This document shows, one piece after another, positions 8,402 to 18,389 of a DNA stretch of 64,000 nt. A program made the translations under genes and the position numbers. Source of the stretch: Candidatus Falkowbacteria bacterium. Its GTDB lineage: Bacteria; Patescibacteriota; Patescibacteriia; UBA11705; JABHMO01. The DNA lies in contig JABHAL010000002.1 in assembly GCA_018674305.1 (NCBI GenBank), positions 1,286 through 65,285 of the forward strand, read 5' to 3'. The notes under the pieces were generated by a model. That model was not told the DNA's origin. It worked only from the letters and a program-made list of their open reading frames with translations, and made no database searches. The first letter of the stretch is position 1. Each line of letters begins with the position of its first letter.

Positions 8402-9457
8402 TTACCTCACCATTTTCTCCTCATTCGCTGAAGGTAATAAAACTTGTTCCAATAATTTTTCATCATCCAAAAGTAAATTAATACCTCGAATTGTGCAGGT
8501 TGTTGGATCATCGGCTATTCTCACTGGAATTTCAGTTTCTTTACTAATAGTTTTTTCAATTCCGCGGAGCAACGATCCACCGCCACAAAGAATAATTCCT
8601 CTTTCATAAATATCAGCGACTAATTCTGGTGGAGTTATTTCCAAAACACTTTTAATTGAATCCACCACCTGGTTAACCGTTGAGGCCAATGCCTCCCTCA
8701 CCTGATAATCGTTGATCATAATCTCCCTTGGCAAACCTGTGATTAAATCCCGCCCTCTCATTTCGATAGAAATTGATTCTCCTTGTTCATGAGAAGATCC
8801 AACTTTTATTTTTATTTGCTCAGCAATCTTTTCACCAATTAACAAATTAAAGTGATCTCGAGCATATTGAATAATATTTTTACTTAAATCTTCACCAGCT
8901 ATTTTTAATGATTTCCAAATAACTACGCCGTGTAATGAGATAACTGCAATCTCAGTTTTACCACCACCCATATTTATCAACATACTACCCGAAGCATCCT
9001 GAACCGGCAGACGTGCACCAATAGCGGCGGCCATTATTTCTTCAACCAAGAAAACTTTTCCCGCTCCTGCACCCAGAGCTGCATCTTCGACAGCCTTTTT
9101 TTCTACCTCGGTAACGTCCAGAGGGATGCCAATAATCACACTAGGCCTAGCTGTAAAATTAAGATTCTCTTGGAAAATTTTGTCAAAAAAATACTTTAGC
9201 ATTTTTTCAGTTACTTCAAAATCAGAAATAACCCCTCGAACCAAGGGATATGCCAAAGTAATATATGCTGGGTTTTTGCCAACCATCTTGCGAGCATCTT
9301 CGCCCACTGCGATAATCTGATCCAAACGATTATTCACAGCTACAATTGATGGTTCACGAATAATTATTCCTTTATCCTGCAAACACAAAATTGTATTAGC
9401 TGTGCCTAAATCAATCCCAATCTTTTTTGAAAACCTATTTAAGAATTTTCTAAACAT
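8402..9457 (-). CDS. mreB: actin-like rod-shape protein MreB
   Basis: IGIDLGTANT phosphate-1 motif. 351-aa actin/Hsp70-fold ATPase. Confidence 0.9.
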   Translation of the reverse strand: MFRKFLNRFSKKIGIDLGTANTILCLQDKGIIIREPSIVAVNNRLDQIIAVGEDARKMVGKNPAYITLAYPLVRGVISDFEVTEKMLKYFFDKIFQENLNFTARPSVIIGIPLDVTEVEKKAVEDAALGAGAGKVFLVEEIMAAAIGARLPVQDASGSMLINMGGGKTEIAVISLHGVVIWKSLKIAGEDLSKNIIQYARDHFNLLIGEKIAEQIKIKVGSSHEQGESISIEMRGRDLITGLPREIMINDYQVREALASTVNQVVDSIKSVLEITPPELVADIYERGIILCGGGSLLRGIEKTISKETEIPVRIADDPTTCTIRGINLLLDDEKLLEQVLLPSANEEKMVR

Positions 9458-9476
9458 AAACTAACTCCCTGCCCTC

Positions 9477-10718
9477 CTATGTCAACTTTTTAACAATTTG
9501 ATTAAGTTTAATCAATTCCATTTTTTCTTGATTTCGTTGCTTGAATTCTATGCTTTCTTGGGCCAAGGTTTTTTCACTAACCACAATTCTATATGGCATA
9601 CCAAGTAAATCGCTATCATTCAATTTCACGCCAGCTGATTCCTCTCTATCATCATATAAAACCTCAATTCCAGCCTGCTGCAACTCATCATAGAGTTTGT
9701 CACTAACAGCCTTAATTTTAGCGTCTTTTCCAAGGAAAAGCAAATGCACCTTGAATGGAGCAATAGACTCAGGCCAAATCATACCTTTGTCGTCATGGTG
9801 AACCTCAATTACAGACCCCATAACCCTAGATGGCCCAATACCATAACAACCCATGATCACTGGTTGTTCCTTGCCATCTTTATCAGTATATTTAAAATTA
9901 AAAGCAGTACTGTATTTGGTTTTTAATGGAAAAATATTTCCAACCTCAATGGCCTTGGCCTCTAAAATTTGACCACCACATTTAGGACATTTATCGCCAA
10001 TTTTAACTTCGCAAATTTCATCATTCTGTGCAAAGTCACATTTATCGCAGTAAAAAACTGTATCTTCTCCGCTATCAGTAAAAACCTGAAACTCATGTGA
10101 GTATTTAGAAAAGTCGCCACCTGAAGCCTCCACTATTTTAGCGTTCAAACCACAACGTTTGAATACATTCAAATATGCTCCTTTGGATTTTTCATAGTAT
10201 TGCCACATGTCCTCCTCATTAAGATGAAAACTGTATAAATCTTTCATGCTAAATTCTAAACCACGCAATATTCCTGATTTAGCTCTAGGTTCATTGCGGA
10301 ACTTATCCTGAATTTGATAAACAGCCACAGGCAAGTCCTTATATGATTTAACAAACTTTTGTACCAATGGAGTAACCACTTCTTCGTGGGTCCAGCCTAA
10401 ACCATAGTCCTTTTCACTACGACCCTTAAGCTGAAACATTACCTCAGGACCTGGACTTTCCCAACGTCCAGTTTTTTGCCAGATTTCCTTTGGTGTTAAT
10501 GCCGGCATTAATATTTCCTGACCATCAATGACCTCCATTTCTTCCCTAACAATCTTTTTCACTTTATCCAAAACCCTCAATCCCAATGGTAAATATGAAT
10601 AAACTCCGGCCATTAATTTATCTACAAAACCAGCTCTAATTAATAAGCTTGCATTGGTACTGACTTCATCTTTTGGTAATTCCTTAATTGTTTTGGTGAA
10701 TAGTTTTGATTGACGCAT
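9477..10718 (-). CDS. proS: prolyl-tRNA synthetase, short form
   Basis: Class II aaRS motifs and a CDKCDF...CPKCGG zinc-binding segment. The N-terminus MRQSKLFTKTIKELPKD is typical of ProRS. Confidence 0.8.
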   Translation of the reverse strand: MRQSKLFTKTIKELPKDEVSTNASLLIRAGFVDKLMAGVYSYLPLGLRVLDKVKKIVREEMEVIDGQEILMPALTPKEIWQKTGRWESPGPEVMFQLKGRSEKDYGLGWTHEEVVTPLVQKFVKSYKDLPVAVYQIQDKFRNEPRAKSGILRGLEFSMKDLYSFHLNEEDMWQYYEKSKGAYLNVFKRCGLNAKIVEASGGDFSKYSHEFQVFTDSGEDTVFYCDKCDFAQNDEICEVKIGDKCPKCGGQILEAKAIEVGNIFPLKTKYSTAFNFKYTDKDGKEQPVIMGCYGIGPSRVMGSVIEVHHDDKGMIWPESIAPFKVHLLFLGKDAKIKAVSDKLYDELQQAGIEVLYDDREESAGVKLNDSDLLGMPYRIVVSEKTLAQESIEFKQRNQEKMELIKLNQIVKKLT

Positions 10719-10795
10719 AATGTTAGTAGATTCAAGTTGATAGATTCAAGTGAACAATTACCAAAATCTTTAATCTTAAATCATTAATCTGTAAT

Positions 10796-11236
10796 CTAAT
10801 TGAGTTTTTTATATGAAATGAAAAATAATTCAATAACCGTAGTGAAAGAAATTACAATCAACATCAACCACCAGGTCAAATATCTTTGACTTTGTAAAAT
10901 CAAAGCCATGATGATTATAAAAGTAAATAATATTGCTTGCCTTGAAGCTAGGCTAATACTCTTTTGCGGGACTTCATCTTTTTTTAGTAATTTAATTCTG
11001 ACCCAAATACCGAACAACGACAGCAAAGATCCCAAGGAAAAAGCTAAACTAATGTAAAATAAAAACAAACCTAATATCCCAGCTTCAAATGGATTTATAA
11101 AAATTAAAACCAAAATCCAGGCTGCCCAACAGATAGCACAGCAAACTGATAAAATGATTGAATACCTAGTTATGGTCATATTGCCTATATCAATTTTAGC
11201 ATTAATATACTGGTCTTTCAATAGAGGTTTGTACAA
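10796..11236 (-). CDS. hypothetical integral membrane protein (4 TM)
   Basis: Hydrophobic 146-aa ORF. Confidence 0.35.
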   Translation of the reverse strand: MYKPLLKDQYINAKIDIGNMTITRYSIILSVCCAICWAAWILVLIFINPFEAGILGLFLFYISLAFSLGSLLSLFGIWVRIKLLKKDEVPQKSISLASRQAILFTFIIIMALILQSQRYLTWWLMLIVISFTTVIELFFISYKKLN

Positions 11237-11528
11237 TTTTCAGCTTTTTTACTATTTGACCACCAAATTTCTTGTTGATAGCCTCAATTATTGAATTTTT
11301 CTTAAAATTTAGTTCCTGAGCAATAATTGAATTAGCAGTCTCAACTTTCAAGATCTGACTCTTCAATGAAATAACTCTAACCAGCTCGTGCCCCTTTTTT
11401 CCCCAAAATTCACGCATTAAACCATTGGCAAACTCAACAACCATACCGGACATTATTTGTTTAGCCAGTGGTTTTTTCTTAAATCTAGAAAGTAATATTT
11501 TTTGTAGTGAATCCGCCATAAATTTCAA
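11202..11528 (-). CDS. DUF721 / DciA-like protein
   Basis: 108 aa. The LVRVISLKSQILKVETANSIIAQELNFKKNSIIEAINKKFG segment resembles the DUF721 core. Confidence 0.4.
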   Translation of the reverse strand: MKFMADSLQKILLSRFKKKPLAKQIMSGMVVEFANGLMREFWGKKGHELVRVISLKSQILKVETANSIIAQELNFKKNSIIEAINKKFGGQIVKKLKIVQTSIERPVY

Positions 11529-11567
11529 TTACGTAGACTAATTTTGTCTAAATTTACTTAACGACTA

Positions 11568-11596
11568 TTGACAAAATATATAATCTATGCTATAAT
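11568..11596 (+). promoter_or_regulatory. consensus promoter TTGACA, 17 nt, atGcTATAAT
   Basis: -35 at 11568-11573 and TGnTATAAT at 11588-11596. An AAGGAGG Shine-Dalgarno lies 7 nt before the ATG at 11644. Confidence 0.55.
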
Positions 11597-11643
11597 ACTA
11601 AGATTTGATGATTGAAAAATAACTTTCCCTTAAGGAGGATACC

Positions 11644-12321
11644 ATGAGAAAGTTCATCAATTTGTTTGTGATTTTAGGAATAATTATGTTTGCCAGCAAC
11701 GTGCAAGCAAAAGATGTGGATATGTCAAACTTTGACATGCGCGTGCGATTCAGCCGTGCAATAGAGTCCTGGGCGTTTCACAACTTCGATGTCCTGTTCG
11801 AGGCCAATGCATTTATCACTGACTACCAGACGATGAATGCCATGTTTGGTCTGTTGTACCACGTCGATCGGAACAGTAAACTGGTTCTGATGATTGGTCA
11901 ACAGTTGGGCGCAGGCGTGAGCAGCAACAATGTAGCTCTGACCGGTCGCTGGCATCAACGTGTAAGTCGGGTTGTAGGTTTCAAGTTGGAGGCGGATCTT
12001 TTCATTCCCATCCAGGCCAACAATGCCGAGAGCCAACCCACGGTCGGCTTCAGAACCTACGAGTCACTTGACTTTATGATCGAGCGCAGGATGTTCATCT
12101 CGCTCGGACTGGAACAGGAAAAGCTGGACAACTTCCGATATCGGTTCGGACCCAGTTTCACCTGGCAGTGGCTTCGAGTTTGGGCCGGATACCTTCATCA
12201 GGAAGAATCCGGTACAAAGCAAAGTTCCACAAATCAGCCAACGCCGGTGAACGCACAACCTCGCTGTACTGACTGCGACTGCGGAGATATGTTCTTCGCC
12301 TCAGTAGCGCTAACCTTCTAA
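11644..12321 (+). CDS. secreted protein with signal peptide; beta-barrel-like; C-terminal ...ASVALTF
   Basis: Signal peptide MRKFINLFVILGIIMFASNVQA|KD, alternating amphipathic strands and a C-terminal aromatic residue. Gene GC is ~50% versus ~33% in the flanks. Confidence 0.55.
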   Translation: MRKFINLFVILGIIMFASNVQAKDVDMSNFDMRVRFSRAIESWAFHNFDVLFEANAFITDYQTMNAMFGLLYHVDRNSKLVLMIGQQLGAGVSSNNVALTGRWHQRVSRVVGFKLEADLFIPIQANNAESQPTVGFRTYESLDFMIERRMFISLGLEQEKLDNFRYRFGPSFTWQWLRVWAGYLHQEESGTKQSSTNQPTPVNAQPRCTDCDCGDMFFASVALTF

Positions 12322-12439
12322 TTTCTGACCGCAACGGTCAAGAAAAACTCTTCAATGCATCTATTGGGGAGTTTTTTTGTCCATTAAAACATAAAAACAT
12401 GAAAGCATTAAAGCAATTACAGTAAATGTTCTGATGTTT

Positions 12440-13531
12440 TTATGTTTCAATGTAATTCAGCTTCTTAAACACTGCCACTAAAATATTCTCCAAAAATTGA
12501 TCTCGGGTATGAATATCAATGTCCTTATCTACACCTTCATCTTTTTCCATATAACGCCACATTTTCTTTTTCTTATCCCACAAATCAGTATTCTTCATCC
12601 GACACCAATCTATTTCACCCTCGTCTGGATCTTCAACTAACCCATGGGCCAAGCTTCCTAGAAGCTGCACCCTTGATACGTAGGAATCAGCCTCATCTGA
12701 CAATTGATCATTCCACATACCCTCCGCTTCTTGGTAACTGACTTTTTTCAAGTCACGATAAACCTGCTCAGCTTTTTCTTGATTACCTAAAAAATATTCA
12801 ACTATAACTTGAAGTAAATAGTTTTCAGTCATTTGACTTGAATCTTCACCAAATTCACCTACTCTATTCATCCAAACTTCTGCCTCAACGTCATATAACT
12901 CGCTTTGCTGTATCTCACTATAAAAATCCTTAGCTCTTGCCATCTGTCCATCAAACACAAATGCCAGGACGCCATAAAGCTGTGAATTACAATAAAAATT
13001 TTCTGGTCCATCAAATCTATGTTTATATAAACCATCACTCTTGCACCTAATATCAATTAAGTGCAGAAAGCTATCCGTAAAACGCTCTTGCGGCTTAATT
13101 AAATTCATATTAATTGCAGATAAAAACTGTGTAGCTGAAGTTACCCGACTGACACCTGATTCAGATTCAACGAAATCATCCCATAATCCGGTATCGCCAT
13201 AAGCCGTTGTTTTAAATAACCTACCTGTATTTTCTTTGACTTCCTCTGATGGCCCGCTTCGTAGCTTTTCTAATAATTCATTTGGCTTCATCAACGGAAA
13301 AAATTCCTTAGTTTCAATAAAATTAACGATTTGTTCTTTTTTTGTTATATAGTCCCGCATTACCTGAAGTGCCTCCTTACTTCCCGCTTCCGCCTTCGCC
13401 TTAAGCTCAGCAAAACCTAAACCGCCTGAAATCACTTCTAACTCAGACATTAATTTATCAAAATGACGTTGCTGAACTTCAGTGAAGCTAGCGTGGAGTG
13501 CTTTTTCTTGTAATTCGGATTCAATTTTCAT
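12440..13531 (-). CDS. hypothetical protein, member 1 of a tandem three-gene family (conserved 76-aa N-domain, variable C-domain)
   Basis: 363 aa. The N-terminus MKIESELQEKALHASFTEVQQRHFDKLMSELEVISGGLGFAELKAKAEAGSKEALQVMRDYITKKE is near-identical to those of 13553..14284 and 14295..15407. Confidence 0.6.
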   Translation of the reverse strand: MKIESELQEKALHASFTEVQQRHFDKLMSELEVISGGLGFAELKAKAEAGSKEALQVMRDYITKKEQIVNFIETKEFFPLMKPNELLEKLRSGPSEEVKENTGRLFKTTAYGDTGLWDDFVESESGVSRVTSATQFLSAINMNLIKPQERFTDSFLHLIDIRCKSDGLYKHRFDGPENFYCNSQLYGVLAFVFDGQMARAKDFYSEIQQSELYDVEAEVWMNRVGEFGEDSSQMTENYLLQVIVEYFLGNQEKAEQVYRDLKKVSYQEAEGMWNDQLSDEADSYVSRVQLLGSLAHGLVEDPDEGEIDWCRMKNTDLWDKKKKMWRYMEKDEGVDKDIDIHTRDQFLENILVAVFKKLNYIET

Positions 13532-13552
13532 AAACCAACTTTATAATTCAAT

Positions 13553-14284
13553 TTATTCAGGAAAATATAGCATATAATTATGTTTTCTTGAAGATAGCTC
13601 CCCAGTCTGTAATTCTGCTTCGACATGTACCCTTACTTGCTCAGGCTCATTATTAATATGCTCGACTGCTGTTATGCTTATTGATGTGACTTCTTCTTTA
13701 TCAAGCAAAGATTGCAATCGACTACCGACAATGTTTTCTGGATTCCTCTTACTCTTATCAAGTTGATAATGTTTATGCAATTCTAATCCAAAAATCGACT
13801 TAACAGCCAACGTAGTGATAAAACCGTTCAAAACTTGTTGAACATGATCAGTCTTAATTAATTGATCTGAAAAAAGCCAAAGCGGAGTATTGTCAAGCAT
13901 TTTTACTTTATAGAGTAATCCACGACTATCCTCTTGGGTAACTTCTTCAACTTCACACATCTTCCCATGGTATGGTTTACCTGGATGCCAAACCATCCCC
14001 TCATCACCAACACCAATAAAATATGACTTCCACTCTAAATTAGTCCCTAAAGGTATTTCTTTAGTTTCAATGAATTCAACAATCTTTTCTTTCTTAGCGA
14101 TATAATCACGCATTACTTGAAGCGCCTCTTTATCCCCTGCTTCTGCCTTTGCCTTAAGCTCAGCAAACCCAAAACCATCTGAGATTACTTCCAACTCAGA
14201 CATTAATTTATCAAAATGACGTTGCTGAACTTCGGTGAAGCTAGCATGAAGTGCGCGTTCTTGTATTTGCTCTAGTGATTTCAT
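13553..14284 (-). CDS. hypothetical protein, member 2 of the family (different C-terminal domain)
   Basis: 243 aa. It shares the N-domain, but its C-domain is unrelated to members 1 and 3. Confidence 0.6.
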   Translation of the reverse strand: MKSLEQIQERALHASFTEVQQRHFDKLMSELEVISDGFGFAELKAKAEAGDKEALQVMRDYIAKKEKIVEFIETKEIPLGTNLEWKSYFIGVGDEGMVWHPGKPYHGKMCEVEEVTQEDSRGLLYKVKMLDNTPLWLFSDQLIKTDHVQQVLNGFITTLAVKSIFGLELHKHYQLDKSKRNPENIVGSRLQSLLDKEEVTSISITAVEHINNEPEQVRVHVEAELQTGELSSRKHNYMLYFPE

Positions 14285-14294
14285 TTTATAATAG

Positions 14295-15407
14295 TTAATT
14301 TTTTATTTTTAATTTCTCGAAAATCGCAGTTAAAATAATATCCATTAACTCATCCGAAGTATTATAACCTTTTACACTGTTCTCTGTAGCTCGCCAACAA
14401 CCAGACTCAGGCTCAACCCAACGTGGGTCTTTTTTTAATTCCTGCCATTTTTCTTTTGCCTCATAGGGACTACCCAAAATGGCTTCAGCCATGATACCCA
14501 TTAGTTGATCAGTTGAAGTTCTCTCTACCTCTTCATCGTGATGATGGTAATTAGACTGTTTCCAACCAAGTTTTGGATCATAATATTCCTGTTTAAGATT
14601 TCCAAATCCCTGTCGAGCTTCTTCTTCCTGACCAAGAAAAAAGTTTACTAATTGATACAAAAGTTGATCTTTAGAATACAAACTTAAATCAGTAAAGTTT
14701 AATGTTTTATTTTGAGTTGTATCTGGGGTCACACTAGTAAACCATGAATCAAACTCTTCCATATAAAACTTAAGTTTCTTTAAATCTGACAAGCGCTGAC
14801 CAGCAGTATCAGCAAGATCATTTTTGGGCTGGATCAAAACCATCAAAATACTCAAAAATTGCCCTTCAGCATCATACTCTTCAACCCCAAGACTCAGATC
14901 GGCACAATTATATAGCCTGTTTTCTCGGTTATACATTTTACTTTCCCACGGCTGTGTTATTGAAGTTTGTATGTCACCTGTCAATTGGCCTGCCAATTCA
15001 AGAAGAACACAATTCCTATGGGTCACTGCATTACCTACCCCACCAAGTTTTTGGGTTAACATTTGCTTTTGCTTATCAAAGGCTGAAGTATATAACAATA
15101 CTTGTAATTTTTCTTTGGCTTTTTCAGCTGTGCCTTCATTTAAAATATTTCGCATAGTTTCAGCGTCTATATATGGCATTCGCTTGGTTTCAATAAACTC
15201 CACAATTTTTTCTTTCTTTGTAATGTAATCCCGCATAATTTGAAGTGCTTCTTTACTACCCAACTCAGCCTTTGCTTTAAGATCAGCAAATCCTAAACCA
15301 CCTGAAATCACTTCTAATTCAGACATTAATTTGTCAAAATGTTGTTGCTGAGCCCTATTAAAGTCAACCTTTAGTGCACTTTCCTGAATTTGTTCTAATG
15401 TTTTCAT
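14295..15407 (-). CDS. hypothetical protein, member 3 of the family
   Basis: 370 aa. The N-domain is shared, and the C-terminal third resembles member 1 (FFLGQEEEARQGF... versus FLGNQEKAEQVY...). It starts 4 nt after the helicase stop. Confidence 0.6.
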   Translation of the reverse strand: MKTLEQIQESALKVDFNRAQQQHFDKLMSELEVISGGLGFADLKAKAELGSKEALQIMRDYITKKEKIVEFIETKRMPYIDAETMRNILNEGTAEKAKEKLQVLLYTSAFDKQKQMLTQKLGGVGNAVTHRNCVLLELAGQLTGDIQTSITQPWESKMYNRENRLYNCADLSLGVEEYDAEGQFLSILMVLIQPKNDLADTAGQRLSDLKKLKFYMEEFDSWFTSVTPDTTQNKTLNFTDLSLYSKDQLLYQLVNFFLGQEEEARQGFGNLKQEYYDPKLGWKQSNYHHHDEEVERTSTDQLMGIMAEAILGSPYEAKEKWQELKKDPRWVEPESGCWRATENSVKGYNTSDELMDIILTAIFEKLKIKN

Positions 15408-15410
15408 GTT

Positions 15411-18389
15411 TTACAATTTTCGAAATTCACAAATATCTTTAAAGTCACAATGCCCACAAATGTGTTGACTGGGTTTAGGATCAAAATTTTGCTTTTTAAT
15501 TTGTTCAATATTATCCAAAAACCTTTGTTTGAGTTTTTCCTTGTCTTTAGAGTTGCCAAGAAAAGAGACTTGGCTGTCATCATCAAGAAAATAATAGGTT
15601 AATTTTTCTAACTTTATATTCAAAACTTCTTCAGCTGCAATCTGATAGAACATTAGCTGGCGTCGGTCCTCTGTGGATAATTTTTCTTTAACTTGCCCAG
15701 TTTTGTAATCAATAATTTCAAACTGCCCTTTTTCTAATTCATCCACTCGGTCAATACGCCCAACAAAGGTGTATTCCCCAATCTTCAATCGGAACGACTG
15801 TTCCAATAATTTAACTTTTGGTTTGTTTTTTTCAAAACCTTGGTGGAAGTTTTTTAATAAATCTTTGCCTTTTTCTAAATACTCCTCTTTTTGTTTTGCA
15901 TTAACATACCAATCATCCTGCCAGTTTTCATTATAAACTTCATATAACCTTTCTAACGACAATAATCTATTTTGGTTTGCTGGTTCGCGAGACATCCCTG
16001 TCTCGCTCCCTCCTACCGCAAATATATCTTGTTGGGTATGCAGTCCAACCGTAAAACATTCTTCCAAAAATTTTTGTAAAGTATTGTGAATAGTTGAACC
16101 AAATGAAAAATAGTGATTACCAAAGGTTGGAATTTTTAAAACATTGGCAAACTTGTACTTCAAAGGACAAGTTTCATAAGTCTGCATTTGTGAATAACTA
16201 AAATTGCGCGGTAGCTGATATTCAAAAGCCTTAGAGTCATCCTTTTGTACTCGCTCAACTGTAGGCTCAGCTTTTCCAGATTCTTCAGGTTTATTATACC
16301 CTAATTCTGTTAAAAAGCGAGACAATTTCTTTTTTCGTGCTCCACCATAGTCATCAGCTGAAGTGAAGAACAATCCCCTTTTTGCTCTGGTCATTGCTAC
16401 ATAAAATAATCTCCGTTCTTCCTCTAAATGAAAATCACCTTCTGAGGAGTCTTCTTTTATCAAAGAATCTGGAATTTCAATTACCTCTTTACGCTGATCG
16501 GTCGGAAATTTTCGATCAACCAAACAAGAAACGAACACATAATCAAATTCTAAACCCTTGGCACTGTGAATTGTCATAATACGCACCATGTCCGGACCAG
16601 TTTCCACGTCAAACGCCAATTTCCCACTTTCGCCCGATTGCATTTCCATATTCAAAAGCTCCATTAAGTCACTAAGCCTCGGATCCTCATACGACATTTC
16701 CACTTCTTGAATTTTCTTGAAAAATTGTTGAACAAAATCTAGCGTTTCTTTTGCTTTTGCTGGTTCCAAATCATTCAAATACTCCAAATAACCTGAGCCG
16801 TACAAAAAACTTAATAAAACTTCAGTCGGTTTTTTATTTTGTGCTAACTGAGTATCTTTTTCAACTTGAACTAAAATATTGTTAATTGACTTCAAAGTTT
16901 GTTCAGTTAAGCCTGGAACTGTTGAAGCCTGCTTTAATGATTCGAATATAGATATTGATTTTCTCTTAGCTAAATGAACCAATTTAACAATTTGTTCAGG
17001 CTCAATATTTAGAAATGGCAAGTTTAGAATTCGATAAACTGCCGCGCTCTCATGATAATTATCCAGCAACTTGAAATAATTAATAATATCAACCACAACT
17101 GATTTATTGTACAACCCTCGCATAGCCAGGAATTGGTACGGAATTTGAGCTTGTTCTAAATAATTAATAAAAATATTGGCGCTATCATTAGCCCTAACTA
17201 AAATTGCTATATCTGACCACTCCGCTTGCTGATCTTGTTTTAATTTTATTATTTTTTGAATTACTGCCTTTGCCTCTTCCTCAACAGACGACAAATGATA
17301 GTGAACAACCTCGCCTTTTTCAGAAACGTTAGATTTTAATTTTTTATCAATACCTAATTTTTCCTCCAATCGATATGGATTGTTTTGTAAAATAAAATTG
17401 TAGGCTAAATCTAGAATTTCCTGTGTAGATCGATAGTTTTCTATTAATACAACTTCTTTAGCCGTTGGGTAATCTTTTTTGAACTGCATTATATTAGAAA
17501 TCGAAGCTCCACGAAACTTGTAAATGCTCTGATCATCATCTCCTACAACTGTGATATTGTTTTTGGGTGTGGCCAAAAGTTTAATTAACTCGTATTGAAC
17601 AAAGTTTGTATCCTGAAACTCGTCAACCAAAATGTGTTTGAACTGTTGACGATATTTAGCCAAAATTAATGGGCGCTTTTTAAATAATTGAATTGTATAA
17701 TTTATTAAATCAGCGAAATCCAAGCTCTCATTATCAATTAAAATTTGCTGATAAGTCTGATAGGCATTGGCAATTTCCTCAATTCGAAGAATTTCTTGTT
17801 TTAATATTTCTTTTTGATTAGCTTCGTCAACCTTACTGAAATCTATTTTGTTTACGAAATCGTGAACATCATCATTTAACTTGATTTCCTGTGCATATTT
17901 TAAATAATTTTCAGGATAAATACCTTCATCCTTGCAACGAGAGAAATGCTTTAACAGTGCGTGGATAAACTTGGTTGGATTACCTAACGGCTGATAATAT
18001 TCTAATTTGAACTTGTCCAAATTTTTCCTCACCAAGAGCCAGGCCTCCGTCCCATCCACGAGTTTGTAATTATTTGGCAAACCAATATCCAGAGCATGCC
18101 GTTTCAAAATTTTGTCACAAAAAGCATGAAAAGTTGAAATCCACAAATCAACATAACCATATGGAAGCATTTGATCCACGCGCTCTTCCATTTCCTGCGC
18201 AGATTTTTCAGTAAAAGTTAAAGCTAATACTTCATCAACATTAGCATTTTTTTCAGTAATCAAATATGCAATTCTGGCAGTTACAACCCGAGTCTTCCCC
18301 GTACCAGCTCCAGCCACAATCAACTGAGGTCCATCTTCGTGAATAATGGCTTGCTTTTGTTGTTCATTTGATTCAGAAATTAGACTCAT
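15411..18389 (-). CDS. UvrD/PcrA-type SF1 helicase fused to a C-terminal PD-(D/E)XK (Cas4/RecB-like) nuclease with a Cys4 cluster
   Basis: AGAGTGKT Walker A near the N-terminus and helicase motifs through ~aa 700. The C-terminus carries YETCPLKYKF...CGHCDFKDIC, a Cas4/AddB-like Fe-S nuclease signature. Confidence 0.8.
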   Translation of the reverse strand: MSLISESNEQQKQAIIHEDGPQLIVAGAGTGKTRVVTARIAYLITEKNANVDEVLALTFTEKSAQEMEERVDQMLPYGYVDLWISTFHAFCDKILKRHALDIGLPNNYKLVDGTEAWLLVRKNLDKFKLEYYQPLGNPTKFIHALLKHFSRCKDEGIYPENYLKYAQEIKLNDDVHDFVNKIDFSKVDEANQKEILKQEILRIEEIANAYQTYQQILIDNESLDFADLINYTIQLFKKRPLILAKYRQQFKHILVDEFQDTNFVQYELIKLLATPKNNITVVGDDDQSIYKFRGASISNIMQFKKDYPTAKEVVLIENYRSTQEILDLAYNFILQNNPYRLEEKLGIDKKLKSNVSEKGEVVHYHLSSVEEEAKAVIQKIIKLKQDQQAEWSDIAILVRANDSANIFINYLEQAQIPYQFLAMRGLYNKSVVVDIINYFKLLDNYHESAAVYRILNLPFLNIEPEQIVKLVHLAKRKSISIFESLKQASTVPGLTEQTLKSINNILVQVEKDTQLAQNKKPTEVLLSFLYGSGYLEYLNDLEPAKAKETLDFVQQFFKKIQEVEMSYEDPRLSDLMELLNMEMQSGESGKLAFDVETGPDMVRIMTIHSAKGLEFDYVFVSCLVDRKFPTDQRKEVIEIPDSLIKEDSSEGDFHLEEERRLFYVAMTRAKRGLFFTSADDYGGARKKKLSRFLTELGYNKPEESGKAEPTVERVQKDDSKAFEYQLPRNFSYSQMQTYETCPLKYKFANVLKIPTFGNHYFSFGSTIHNTLQKFLEECFTVGLHTQQDIFAVGGSETGMSREPANQNRLLSLERLYEVYNENWQDDWYVNAKQKEEYLEKGKDLLKNFHQGFEKNKPKVKLLEQSFRLKIGEYTFVGRIDRVDELEKGQFEIIDYKTGQVKEKLSTEDRRQLMFYQIAAEEVLNIKLEKLTYYFLDDDSQVSFLGNSKDKEKLKQRFLDNIEQIKKQNFDPKPSQHICGHCDFKDICEFRKL

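Noticed and set aside
14824-15228. 134-aa and 67-aa plus-strand ORFs
   Set aside because: Antisense to paralog member 3, with no signals. Judged spurious. The same applies to other short antisense ORFs in the track (e.g. 5522..5866, 19286..19663, 23476..23883, 49859..50086).
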